From Octopus sinensis (Eukaryota), in assembly GCF_006345805.1 (NCBI RefSeq), contig NW_021835588.1, positions 1 through 26,850 of the forward strand: DNA of 26,850 nucleotides, in the 5' to 3' direction. Made by a program: the position numbers and the translations under genes. Numbering within the stretch: the stretch's first letter is position 1; each line of letters starts with the position of its first letter. The notes under the pieces were generated by a model. The model made no database searches. It saw only the letters and a list, made by a program, of their open reading frames with translations, and had not been told where the DNA came from. This document shows positions 10,762 through 21,259 of this stretch, piece after piece.

Positions 10762-10783
10762 TAATGATAATAATAATAATAAT

Positions 10784-11205
10784 TGCTTGTCAGTTGTTTG
10801 ACTTTAACCAGTTGAGCATGTCCCTTAGTGGCTGACGATATGTGCATCTCTGATCACGAGCAGAAGTAGTGGGGGAGCATCATAGCCATGTGTTGAGAGG
10901 GATTCTTTGGAGTTTGAATAATTCACCTCTGGAAACATGGGTGGTTCTTTCAACATCCTTAAACAACCCTTATTCAGGGACCTTTTGAGCGGGATGGGCT
11001 ACTCAACCTGAAGAAAATTCTAACTGGGCCCCAACTGCAAGGTCATGTGCTGTTTATCTTGATATGAGATCACCATGTCGCGCACATAAGGTTGTGATGC
11101 ATGTGCCTGGTGTACCTTTATCAGACTGGTGGTCATGGTGGGTATATTGGGCTTTGTATATTTTACCCCAGTGTCACTTTGATGGCATGCACTGCTCTCT
11201 CACTC
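10784..11205 (+). mobile_element. Same repeat, copy 2, more 5'-truncated, between two (AAT)n tracts
   Basis: Ends ...cactgctctctcactc followed by (AAT)n from 11206; preceded by (AAT)n at ~10665-10782. Confidence 0.75.
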
Positions 11206-11268
<63 letters not shown>

Positions 11269-11279
11269 AAGAAGAAGAA

Positions 11280-11311
<32 letters not shown>

Positions 11312-11458
11312 AGGAGAAGAAGAAGAAGATGAAGGAGAAGGAGAAGAAGACGAACTGAGAGCAAAGAATGAAGAACGAAGTGAGACAATTTGAAGAGAAA
11401 AGACGTCTCAACATGAGAACAAAAGGAAAACTAAGACATTCTCCAATTTTTTCCTCGA

Positions 11459-11629
11459 GTTGTATATAATGTTGTATATAATGTTGTATATAATGTTGTA
11501 TATAATGTTGTATATAATGTTGTATATAATGTTGTATATAATGTTGTATATAATGTTGTATATAATGTTGTATATAATGTTGTATATAATGTTGTATATA
11601 ATGTTGTATATAATGTTGTATATAATGTT
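11459..11629. repeat. Perfect 12-bp minisatellite (GTTGTATATAAT)x14
   Basis: 14 identical units at 11459-11626 plus a partial GTT. Confidence 0.97.
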
Positions 11630-13045
11630 CGAACCATCACGATTGACAATAATATAGAATTATGTTTAAGGAGAAAAGCATAGCAACTGCGTAAACAAAA
11701 CCCGTATTTGTTTATAAGCATTCAGCAGACAAGTGCCATCTATGAAGTAAACTTTGTCATCTGGAATGGAACATATGGTCAAGTATAAGATGAGATTTAA
11801 AAATAATGATCGCGAATATCGTAGGTGGGCAAGCGGTAAAGTTTGTCAGAAGAGAAATAAATTGTTGTTTATTAAAGCCGGAGAGCGAATTCTATAAGTC
11901 GCCGGTTCTTATCAATCAAATTATACTAGTCACCTGCAGACTCATTGTATGAACGGTAAAAAGTACGAGATAGCATGTGAAATATGACTAACAGAAATCC
12001 AATTAAACTGAGGAAACAAATGAGAACTGCAATTGTAGGAATAATCTTACGTCCCCACAGTAACCTCCTAAATCATATGTCGGAAAGTGTGAAGGTAGTT
12101 TTAAACTACGATATTTTAACTATTTGTCCGCCGTTAGGTATCAAAGCAAAGAAATCTCACGGTGTTATCGAGCTTCTTTGAAATTTAAAGAGGCAATTTC
12201 AAAATCGTTCGTTTATAACTAACCTTCGACGACAAATATACGTAAACCAAAATCCGCTAGTTACTGCAGCCCCTGCAGTGAAGAGAAAAACGATATCCTC
12301 ACAGTAATTTATGAAGCCATAACTACAGACATTGTAGATGTGTATGAGGTACGAAATATGAGGTATGAGATAAAATTTCTCAGAAAATAAATAGTTTCAT
12401 ATTTAACAACGTAAAAGAGCGAATTTAAGCAGTTGGCTTCTCCTGGTAACCACATAAACTCAGTGAACACGGATTAGATTTTTGAATAATAATAAGTATA
12501 ATATAAAGTCTCAAAAGATCAAAGAACATTGAATAAATTGAGAAACTGGATAATCAGGAAAATAAAACTGCTGTCGTATAAAAATAGTGTTATCTCCCCA
12601 CGCTCAATTTCTAAATCATAAAGAAAATGTGTGAAGAACGTGCGCAAATTTTAAGTAATTATACTTAAAATATATCCAGTATTGGATATGAAGACAAAAG
12701 CAAGCAAAAAGAACACTATAGTGTATTAACAATGCATATTTGTCATTGAAAGGGGCAAGTTTGAAATCGCATCGTCTATAGTATTCCCCAGCCACAAATA
12801 TACTAAACTGGTTTTTCAGTGAGGCCCTTGCAGTGAAAATTACACTATATTTAGCAAGACAGCAGCCATCTTGTTTAAGAAAGCAACGTTGGTTAATAAA
12901 GAGGGAAGAAACTATTTTGATCGACCTCTATTCATGCGGTTTGAACCAGCAATGGACACAAGACGATACAGAAGTCACAAACTGGGAAACTATAAACGCC
13001 GAGAAAAACTTTACGATTAGCCATAGGTATGGATATGAAGCTCCA

Positions 13046-13115
<70 letters not shown>

Positions 13116-13234
13116 CGTGTGTGTGTGTGTGTGTGTATGTGTGTGCGTATTTGTGCTAACGAATCTGCCACTCCACCAGCATCGCCACCATAATAATAAT
13201 AATAATAATATCAACAACAACAATAATAATAACA

Positions 13235-13267
<33 letters not shown>

Positions 13268-13589
13268 TGATGATGATGATGATGATGATAAATAGAGGAA
13301 AAAACAAAATATCTTTTGATTGATTCCAATTCATTATTGAAAGCAGTTATAGAATTTTCTTTTCTAAAATATACATTAACTCGGTAATTTTGTTTTCAAA
13401 ATAAAAAACAGGTTCCATAACACAAACAGAAAGTAGACACACTTACACATATACATACACACGTACATACATCCATCCATACATATATACATGCATACAT
13501 ATATTCATACATATATATATATACACACAACCAAACAAACGTGGTGATACGTACATATGTACATATGGACATAATACATACATGCTTGC

Positions 13590-13931
13590 AAAATACGCTG
13601 AATATTGAGAAATTTGCAGTTACTCTATCCAGATTACAAGTTCAGGTTTATACCTGTAATTATTGGGGACCTGAGATATGTAATACACTGCATAAATACT
13701 AATCTTGAGAAATTAGGCTTCTCAAAACCACAAAGGAGAATGCTAATTCGAAGACAACAGATCCAATCCATCACTGGAACTGTAAAAATCTGTAAAACTT
13801 TCCTGAAGTTTATCATTTAAGTATATATGAGCATGTCTAGATATGCAACTATATGCATGAGAATACATACATAAAACAAACAAAAATCTTCACATACATA
13901 CATACATACATACATACATACATACATACAT

Positions 13932-13968
<37 letters not shown>

Positions 13969-14076
13969 AATACCCTGTTCTTGGTGTTGAAATTCCAATG
14001 AAGGAGCCTTGAATCCAGGTCAGAAACCGGCTCTTTCTCTATTGACAAGAAATCTTGAGATAAAATTGAACAATGA
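13590..14076 (+). mobile_element. 5'-truncated 3' end of a second RLE-type non-LTR retrotransposon, inside (ACAT)n-type repeats
   Basis: KYAE/(L)LRNLQLLYPDYKFRFIPVIIGDLRYVIHCINTNLEKLGFSKPQRRMLIRRQQIQSITGTVKICKTFLKFII* carries the IPVIIGALG...LQ...GTVKI C-terminal motif. The 3' UTR includes internal (ACAT)n(ACAG)n and ends at ...ttgaacaatga; ACAT-rich repeats lie on both sides. Confidence 0.75.
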
Positions 14077-14349
14077 TATATATACGTACATACATACTAA
14101 CATACATAGATACATGCATACATACACACACACATATATATGTGTATGTATATATATATATATAATATATATATATATATCTGTTCATCTGGCTTATATA
14201 TGTGTATACATACATACATATATTATATATATATATATATATATGTTCATCTGGCTCATATATGTATACACTCACACACACACATATATATACACATATA
14301 TATGCTATATTAGCTATATGTAACATATTTCAATAGTACACATGCACAA

Positions 14350-14391
<42 letters not shown>

Positions 14392-14957
14392 GCAGGCACG
14401 AGCTGACACTAGCGCACGCACACACATTCACAGTTATATATATAAACACATTCAGTAACATAGATTTTAGGAAAATATATAAATATAGATTGTAAACAAC
14501 TGGTTTCTACAAAAATAACTATTTCTGTCACGAAAGAACTAAAGTTAAATAAAGGGTCTACACGCACATAGACACACATACACATACACACACACAGACA
14601 CAGACACACACACACGCACGTATATGTATATATTAACCGTGTATATATATATATATATTAACAGTGTATTCAGGAAATGATAAAAATTGAATAAAGAGGA
14701 TTTATATTTAGTGCTTAGGCATTATTAAGATGGATATAGAAATAGGCTTCTCTGAGTATTCCGTCTGTCTGCTGGTTTGTCTGTCTGTCTGTCTTTCTCT
14801 CTCCCTGTCTCTGTCTGTCTGTCTCTATCTGTGAGTCTGTCTGTCTGTGAATATATGCATGCATGTATGTATGTATGTATGTATGTGTATGTATGTATGT
14901 ATGTATGTATGTATGTATGTATGTATCTATCTATCTATCTATCAATCTATCTATCTA

Positions 14958-15027
<70 letters not shown>

Positions 15028-15188
15028 AATATATGTCCTGTCAAAGGTCTCCTCTTTGTGTATAATTACATTTAATACACTATTATATTTTTTAAAAACA
15101 TATTGCCTTAAGACTTTCAGTCATGCATGTAAACCACTGGTAATAAATTATTTTAATTTCAGTACCCTCATATTAACGATAGTAATAG

Positions 15189-15228
<40 letters not shown>

Positions 15229-15443
15229 ACACGTGTGTGTAAATATATATATGCTCATACACACGCAAGCACGCATGTATATATATAGTATGTATGTATG
15301 TATGAATGTATGTATGTATGTATGTATTGTATGTATGTATGTATGTATGTATGTATGTATGTATGTATGTATGTATGCATGAATGTATATATGTGTATGT
15401 ATAGACATTTGTGTGTCTAGCAATAGAAGAGTGCCTTACGTAC

Positions 15444-15584
15444 TTGGGCAACATTCTGTGAAGTAACATTTCGGTTTTCTTCTTTTCCTCTATCAACTGC
15501 TCGGTTCTTTCACTGACCAAATCTTCCAGGTTGCACTGGTACCGTTCCATGATGGCCATCATGTTATCAAAGATATTTCGTTTC
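15444..15584 (-). CDS. Internal exon (141 bp, phase 2/2) of a receptor-type guanylyl cyclase (NPR/GC-A/B-like): coiled-coil dimerisation linker after the kinase-homology domain
   Basis: Minus strand reads ttcttttgcag|G AAA CGA AAT...CCC AA|gtacgt and translates to [46 protein letters not shown](K). This matches the NIxDNMxxxMExYxxNLExLVxERT...EKKKTExLLxxMLP motif of membrane guanylyl cyclases. AG and GT are canonical. Confidence 0.96.
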
Positions 15585-15619
15585 CTGCAAAAGAAGTGAA
15601 CAGGTTAAACCAGGTAGAC

Positions 15620-16204
15620 ATATTTATTTCTTTATTGCCCACATAGACGGGCTAGACAAAGGGATTAAGCCGATTACATCGACCCCAGTGCGTAACTGGT
15701 ACTTATTTAATCGACACCGAAAGGATGAAAGGCAAAGTCTACCGCGGCGGAATTTGAACACAGAACGTAAAGACAGACGAAATACCTATTTCTTTACTAC
15801 CCACAAGGGGCTAAACACATAGAGGACAAACAAGGACAGACAAAGGGATTAAGCCGATTACATCGACCCCAGTGCGTAACTGGTACTTATTTAATCGACA
15901 CCGAAAAGATGAAAGGCAAAGTCTACCGCGGCGGAATTTGAACACAGAACGTAAAGACAGACGAAATACCTATTTCTTTACTACCCACAAGGGGCTAAAC
16001 ACAGAGAGGACAAACAAGGACAGACAAACGGATTAAGTCGATCGTATCGACCCCAGTGCGTAACTGGTACTTATTTAATGGACCCCGAAAGGATGAAAGG
16101 CAAAGTCGACCCCGGCAGAATTTGAACTCAGAACGTAGCAGCAAACGAAATACCGCTAAGCATTTAGCCCGGCGTGCTAACGTTTCTGCCAGCTTGCCGT
16201 CCTT
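15620..16204 (-). repeat. Head-to-tail trimer of a family C SINE, 184-bp period
   Basis: gacaaa(g/c)ggattaag recurs at 15655, 15839 and 16023. Only the rightmost unit carries the tRNA-like head (to ~16204). Confidence 0.9.
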
Positions 16205-16224
16205 AAACCAGGCAGAGATATTGA

Positions 16225-16655
16225 TCTCAACTTTTGACACAAGGCAAACAATTTGGCGGGAAGATGTGAGTCGATTACATCGATCTCCAGTGGTCAACTG
16301 GTACTTATTTTATCGACCACAAAATGATAAAAGGCAAAGTCGACGTCGGCGAAATTTCAAGTCTAACCGTAAAGACGGACGAAATACCGCTAAGCACTTT
16401 GTCCGGCGTATTAACGATTCAACCAGTTCGCCGCCTTAATGATAATAATAATATTGATTTCAACTTTTGGCACAAGGCCAGCAAACTTTTGGAGCTGGGT
16501 ATAAGTCGCCTACATCAACCTCAGTGTTCAATTGGTACTTATTTTATCGATACCATGATGATGGAAGGCAAAGTCGACTTCGGTGGAATTTGAGCTCAGA
16601 ACTTAAAATCGGGCGAAATGCCGTTAAGCATTTTACCTGGTGTGCTAGCAATAGT
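16225..16655 (-). mobile_element. Two further, older family C SINE copies (~16225-16439 and ~16460-16655)
   Basis: Each has ca(c)aagg...gtcg.ttacatc...actggtactta...ggcaaagtcgac...cgaaat..cg.taagca. Confidence 0.75.
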
Positions 16656-16665
16656 AATCGTCGTG

Positions 16666-16929
16666 GCACTCCGTCGGTTACGACGACGAGGGTTCCAGTT
16701 GATCTGATCAACGGAACAGCTTGCTCGTGAAACTAACGTGCAAGAGGCTAAGCACTCCACAGACACATGTACCCTTAAGGTAGTTCCCGGGGAGATTCAG
16801 CGTGACACAGCCTCGTGGAGCTTTAGGTGTTTTCGTTCAATAAACACTCACAACGCCCGATCTGGGAATCGAAACCGTGATCCTATGACCGAGAGTCCGC
16901 TGCCCTAACCACTGGGCCACTGCCTCTCC
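16666..16929 (-). mobile_element. Family B tRNA SINE with an internal deletion of ~110 bp
   Basis: Matches 19508-19888 but joins cgtgacacag directly to cctcgtggagc. Confidence 0.8.
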
Positions 16930-16945
16930 AGTAATAATAATAATG

Positions 16946-17014
<69 letters not shown>

Positions 17015-17367
17015 GTAATATAATAATAATAAATAAAACGGAAAAAAACAAAAAAGTAATATTATTGATTTCAATTCGTTATTGAATATAAAATTTTAAA
17101 AAACTTTCTAAAATTTTCGTTTATAAAACATACATTAACTCGGTAATTTTGTGTTTTAAAAGCAAAAACCAGGTCCATAACAGAAAGATACACTTACATC
17201 GATATAGATACGTATATACATAGATACGTACGTATGTACATACGGACATACAGACAAATAGATACATGTGTACATACAGACACACATATATATACACGTC
17301 ATTACATATGTACATAACTACACAAACAAACACAGGCGTATCTATTTACATACATAAATATATGGAT

Positions 17368-19507
17368 GGAAGCACTCCGTCGGTTACGACGATGAGGGTT
17401 CCGGTTGATCCGAATCAACGGAACAGCCTGCTCGTGAAATTAACGTGTAAGTGGCTGAGCACTCCACAGACACGTGCACCCTTAACGTAGTTCTCGGGGA
17501 TATTCAGCGTGACACAGAGAGTGACAAGGGCCGGCCTTGAAATACAGGTACAATAGAAACAGGAAGTAAGAGTGAGAGAAAGTTGTGGTGAAAGAGTACA
17601 GCAGGGATCACCACCATCCCCTGCCGGAGCCTCGTGGAGCTTTTAGGTGTTTTCGCTCAATAAACACTCACAACGCCCGGACTGGGAATCGAAACATAAA
17701 GATATATACATACACAAAACATATATACATACTGTTAAAAGGGGGAAGAAAGCCCCTTTGGTCATGAATGATCATGAGAAAGTTCCCCCCTAAGATCAAG
17801 TTCGAGCAAGTTTGATTGTGCAAGACCCGCAATCATCCATGCACATCAGCCTCCCCTCTCTACGCCACCGATGTTATCCAAGGGAAAGGTTAAGGGGCCG
17901 ATACAGCTTGGCATCAGTGATGTCGCAACTCATTTCTACAGCTGAGTGAACTGGAGCAACGTGAAATAAAGTGTCTTGGCTAAGAACACAATACACATCC
18001 CGATCTAGGAATCGAACTCACTACCTCATGATTGTGAGTCTGACACTCTTACCACCTTCACACATACTGTTGTAGCACAACAAATCGTTATGCGATAATC
18101 AGGTCCGTCTTAGCACGGTTATAGGCTTCCGGGCAAATCAACGCCCTGGACCCTGTATTGACAGTAAGCCACAGTTTACATAGATTGAAAATGGACCCCC
18201 TTGACAAGTGCAGCCCCCCGGGTAAACAACCAGTGTGCTCATGCCTGAACGGTACTGACCACAATGTTATATAATTGTCAACGCTTATATCGCATCTAGA
18301 ATTTCCTCAGTTATGTCACACTCGCAAGAACCACCAGGGACACAACAAACGAAAGGGTGTTAAGCATTTTATCCGCCGCGCTAACGATTCTGCCAACTTG
18401 ACGTTATACAATTTTGTATTACACACACACACTTTTTGGGAAGCACTCCGTCGGTTACGACGATGAGGGTTCCGGTTGATCCGATCAACGGAACAGCCTG
18501 CTCGTGAAATTATTAAGTGTAAGTGGCTGAGCACTCCACAGACACGTGTACTCTTAACGTAGTTCTCGGGGATATTCAGCGTGACACAGAGAGTGACAAG
18601 GCCGGCCCCTTGAAATACAGGTACAATAGAAACAGGAAGAGTAAGAGTGAGAGAAAGTTGTGTGAAAGAGTACAGCAGGGATCACCACCATCCCCTGCCG
18701 GAGCCTCGTGGAGCTTTAGGTGTTTTCGCTCAATAAACACTCACAACGCCCGGACTGGGAATCGAAACATAAAGATATACAATACACAAAACATATATAC
18801 ATACTGTTAAAAGGGGGAAGAAAGCCCCTTTGGTCATGAATGATCATGAGAAAGTTCCCCCCTAAGATCAGTTCGAGCAAGTTTGATTGTGCAAGACCCG
18901 CAATCATCCATGCACATCAGCCTCCCCTCTCTACGCCACCGATGTTCCAAGGGAAAGGTTAAGGGGCCGATACAGCTTGGCATCAGTGATTGTCGCACCT
19001 CATTTCTACAGCTGAGTGAACTGGAGCGCAACGTGAAATAAAGTGTCTTGGCTAAGAACACAATACACATCCCGATCTAGGAATCGAACTCACTACTCAT
19101 GATGGTGAGTCTGATGACACTCTTACCCCACACATACTGTTGTAGCACAACAAATCGTTATGCGATAATCAGGTCCGTCTTAGCACGGTTATAGGCTTCC
19201 GGCAATCAACGCCCTGGACCCTGTATTGACAGTAAGCCACAGTTTACATAGATTGAAAATGGACCCCCTTGACAAGTGCAGCCCCCCGGGTAAACAACCA
19301 GTGTGCTCATGCCTGAACGGTACGAACCACAATGTTATATAATTGTCAACGCTTATATCGCATCTAGAATTTCCTCAGTTATGTCACACTCGCAAGAACC
19401 ACCAGGGACACAACAAACGAAAGGGTTTAAGCATTTTATCGCCGCCGCTAAACGATTTCTGCCAACTTGACGTTATACAATTTTGTATTACACACACACA
19501 CTTTTTG
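17368..19507. repeat. Tandem duplication of a ~1.07-kb unit (truncated family B SINE + another SINE + unique DNA)
   Basis: ggaagcactccgtcggttacgacg starts at 17368, 18439 and 19508. The blocks 17368-18438 and 18439-19507 are colinear. Confidence 0.93.
17740..18062 (-). mobile_element. CORE-like tRNA SINE (family E), duplicated at ~18810-19132
   Basis: Minus strand gives a tRNA-like head (gtgagttcgattcctagatc) and gtgttcttagccaagacactttatttcacgttgctccagttcactcagctg, a CORE-like segment. Confidence 0.65.
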
Positions 19508-19888
19508 GGAAGCACTCCGTCGGTTACGACGATGAGGGTTCCGGTTGATCCGATCAACGGAACAGCCTGCTCGTGAAATTAACGTGTAAGTGGCTGAGCA
19601 CTCCACAGACACGTGTACTCTTAACGTAGTTCTCGGGGATATTCAGCGTGACACAGAGAGTGACAAGGCCGGCCCTTTGAAATACAGGTACAACAGAAAC
19701 AGGAAGTAAGAGTAAGAGAAAGTTGTGGTGAAAGAGTACAGCAGGGATCACCACCATCCCCTACCGGAGCCTCGTGGAGCTTTAGGTGTTTTCGCTCAAT
19801 AAACACTCACAACGCCCGGTCTGGGAATCGAAACTGCGATCCTACGACCGCGAGTCCGCTGCCCTAACCACTGGGCCATTGCGCCTCC
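19508..19888 (-). mobile_element. Full-length family B tRNA-derived SINE (~380 bp)
   Basis: Head ggaggcgcaatggcccagtggttagggcagcggactcgcgg...gtttcgattccc with A/B boxes; tail ...cgtcgtaaccgacggagtgcttcc. Confidence 0.88.
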
Positions 19889-19889
19889 G

Positions 19890-19924
<35 letters not shown>

Positions 19925-20617
19925 TGTAGGTCGATCGATCGATAGATAGATAAATAGATAGACAGAAGCACTATCGTTTTTGTTATTTCTCACTTTCATA
20001 CGTCTCGTTTTTTTTTTCTAATAAGAAATATTCTGGAAGTCAGCTGGGGTAATGCAGATACTGTTCTGCTGTTCTAAAAACTCTCATAATAACACAACGC
20101 AACACTCGGCTAACGAAGCCGGAGCTCATTGATACCTTGCATCATATTCACACACGGAACATTTACCAAAATTAACCAAACTATAATATCCCCGAGAGAA
20201 TTCTTAAAACAAATATTTATTGATGAAAAAACGTAGTCCCAAGATACAACTGCATCTGTTTCCACAGACGATTTCACGTCAATAATGTTGAGAACCAACT
20301 AGAAAAGAAACAGTAGAACTAATTCGGAATATATAGGTGTTAGCACAAATTTTTGCGTGGAAGTTGAATATTGTAGAATAAAGAGGTAAGAAAATTTCGT
20401 GGTTTAAGAAGTGAATACACAACACACACACACGCACACCCACACGCACCACACACACACACAGATATATGTACAAACATATACACATACATTCACACAC
20501 ACATATCTGTACACACATATACATATATATACATATATATATATATATGTATATTTGTACATACATACATATATATATACATGCATATACATACATACAA
20601 TACTATATATATATCTA

Positions 20618-20642
<25 letters not shown>

Positions 20643-20653
<11 letters not shown>

Positions 20654-21259
20654 TATCGCCATACTAACACGGCATTCTTATAAAAATAAGAAAAAAGCTG
20701 TCCGCTTATTAGCTCCATGAGGCCATCGCCTTAAGTTAGCTATTTGATACACCAAACTGTATCCATATAACCTTCGAACAAGGGAGGTCAGTCGCTCCAC
20801 ACTACTTGACCGGCAGCTACAGACGCGTTTCGGAGTATTGCCCCTTTTCAATGCAGCGTAGCCAGCCGTAGGTGTCGCTTCCGACAATCTCTGTTCGATG
20901 GCTTTATTTACCCAGCTTCGGTGGAATACATCCACTTGTTTCAATAATAGAAATATTAAATAAACTAAGTCTCTCTCATCTAAAAGAGACAGCAGCGGCA
21001 GCGTTCCCGGAAAATAATAGTTATCGCCATACTAACACACGGTCAAGTAGTGTGGAGCGACTGACCTCCCTTGTTCGAAGTTATTGGATACGTTTGTGTA
21101 TCAAATAGCTAACTTAAGGCGATGGCCTCATGGAGCTAATAAGCGGACAGCTTTTTTCTTATTTTATAAGAATGCCGTGTTAGTATGGCGATAACTATTA
21201 TTTTCCGGGAGCGCTGCCGCGTGTTCTCTTTTAGAGAGACTTAGTTATTTTAATATTTC

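Larger units (their letters stand above)
4712..15443 (-). other. 10,732-bp GT-AG intron joining the two guanylyl cyclase exons
   Basis: Donor GT at 15443-15442 and acceptor AG at 4713-4712 with a polypyrimidine tract. Phases are compatible and the protein motif is continuous across the junction. Confidence 0.88.

Noticed and set aside
11431-11721. LYTT / LYIM repeat ORFs and a CRISPR-like look of the 12-mer, 25-mer and 184-bp arrays
   Set aside because: These are contiguous tandem repeats without unique spacers or cas genes, in eukaryotic DNA.
12741-12782. tgtcattgaaaggggcaagtttgaaatcgcatcgtctatag, resembling the U3:A8 ribozyme at 20816
   Set aside because: Stem I and stem II do not pair properly and one core A is missing. 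At best a dead relative; chance cannot be excluded.
12833-13040. ORF segment KQRWLIKREETILIDLYSCGLNQ, faintly like the RE..WI..L.T..P.GLN end of PLE endonucleases
   Set aside because: Only the GLN and RE residues match and there is no upstream GIY-YIG motif; not supportable.
13995-14035. ccaatgaaggagcc...gaaaccggctc in the RLE element 3' UTR
   Set aside because: Core positions U4 and G5 are absent and the stems are inconsistent.
15435-15439. Alternative donor GTAAGG 4 nt downstream of the chosen GTACGT donor
   Set aside because: It would break the frame with the 4711 exon; only the 15443 donor gives MLPKSVA.
19800-19888. tRNA-like sequences (also at 4324, 6154, 16860-16929 and 18000-18060)
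   Set aside because: They are SINE heads: A/B boxes are present, but there is no complete cloverleaf and each continues into a repeat body.
20678-21108. 88-aa and 78-aa ORFs across the ribozyme repeat
   Set aside because: No recognisable domain; they are by-products of the inverted repeat.
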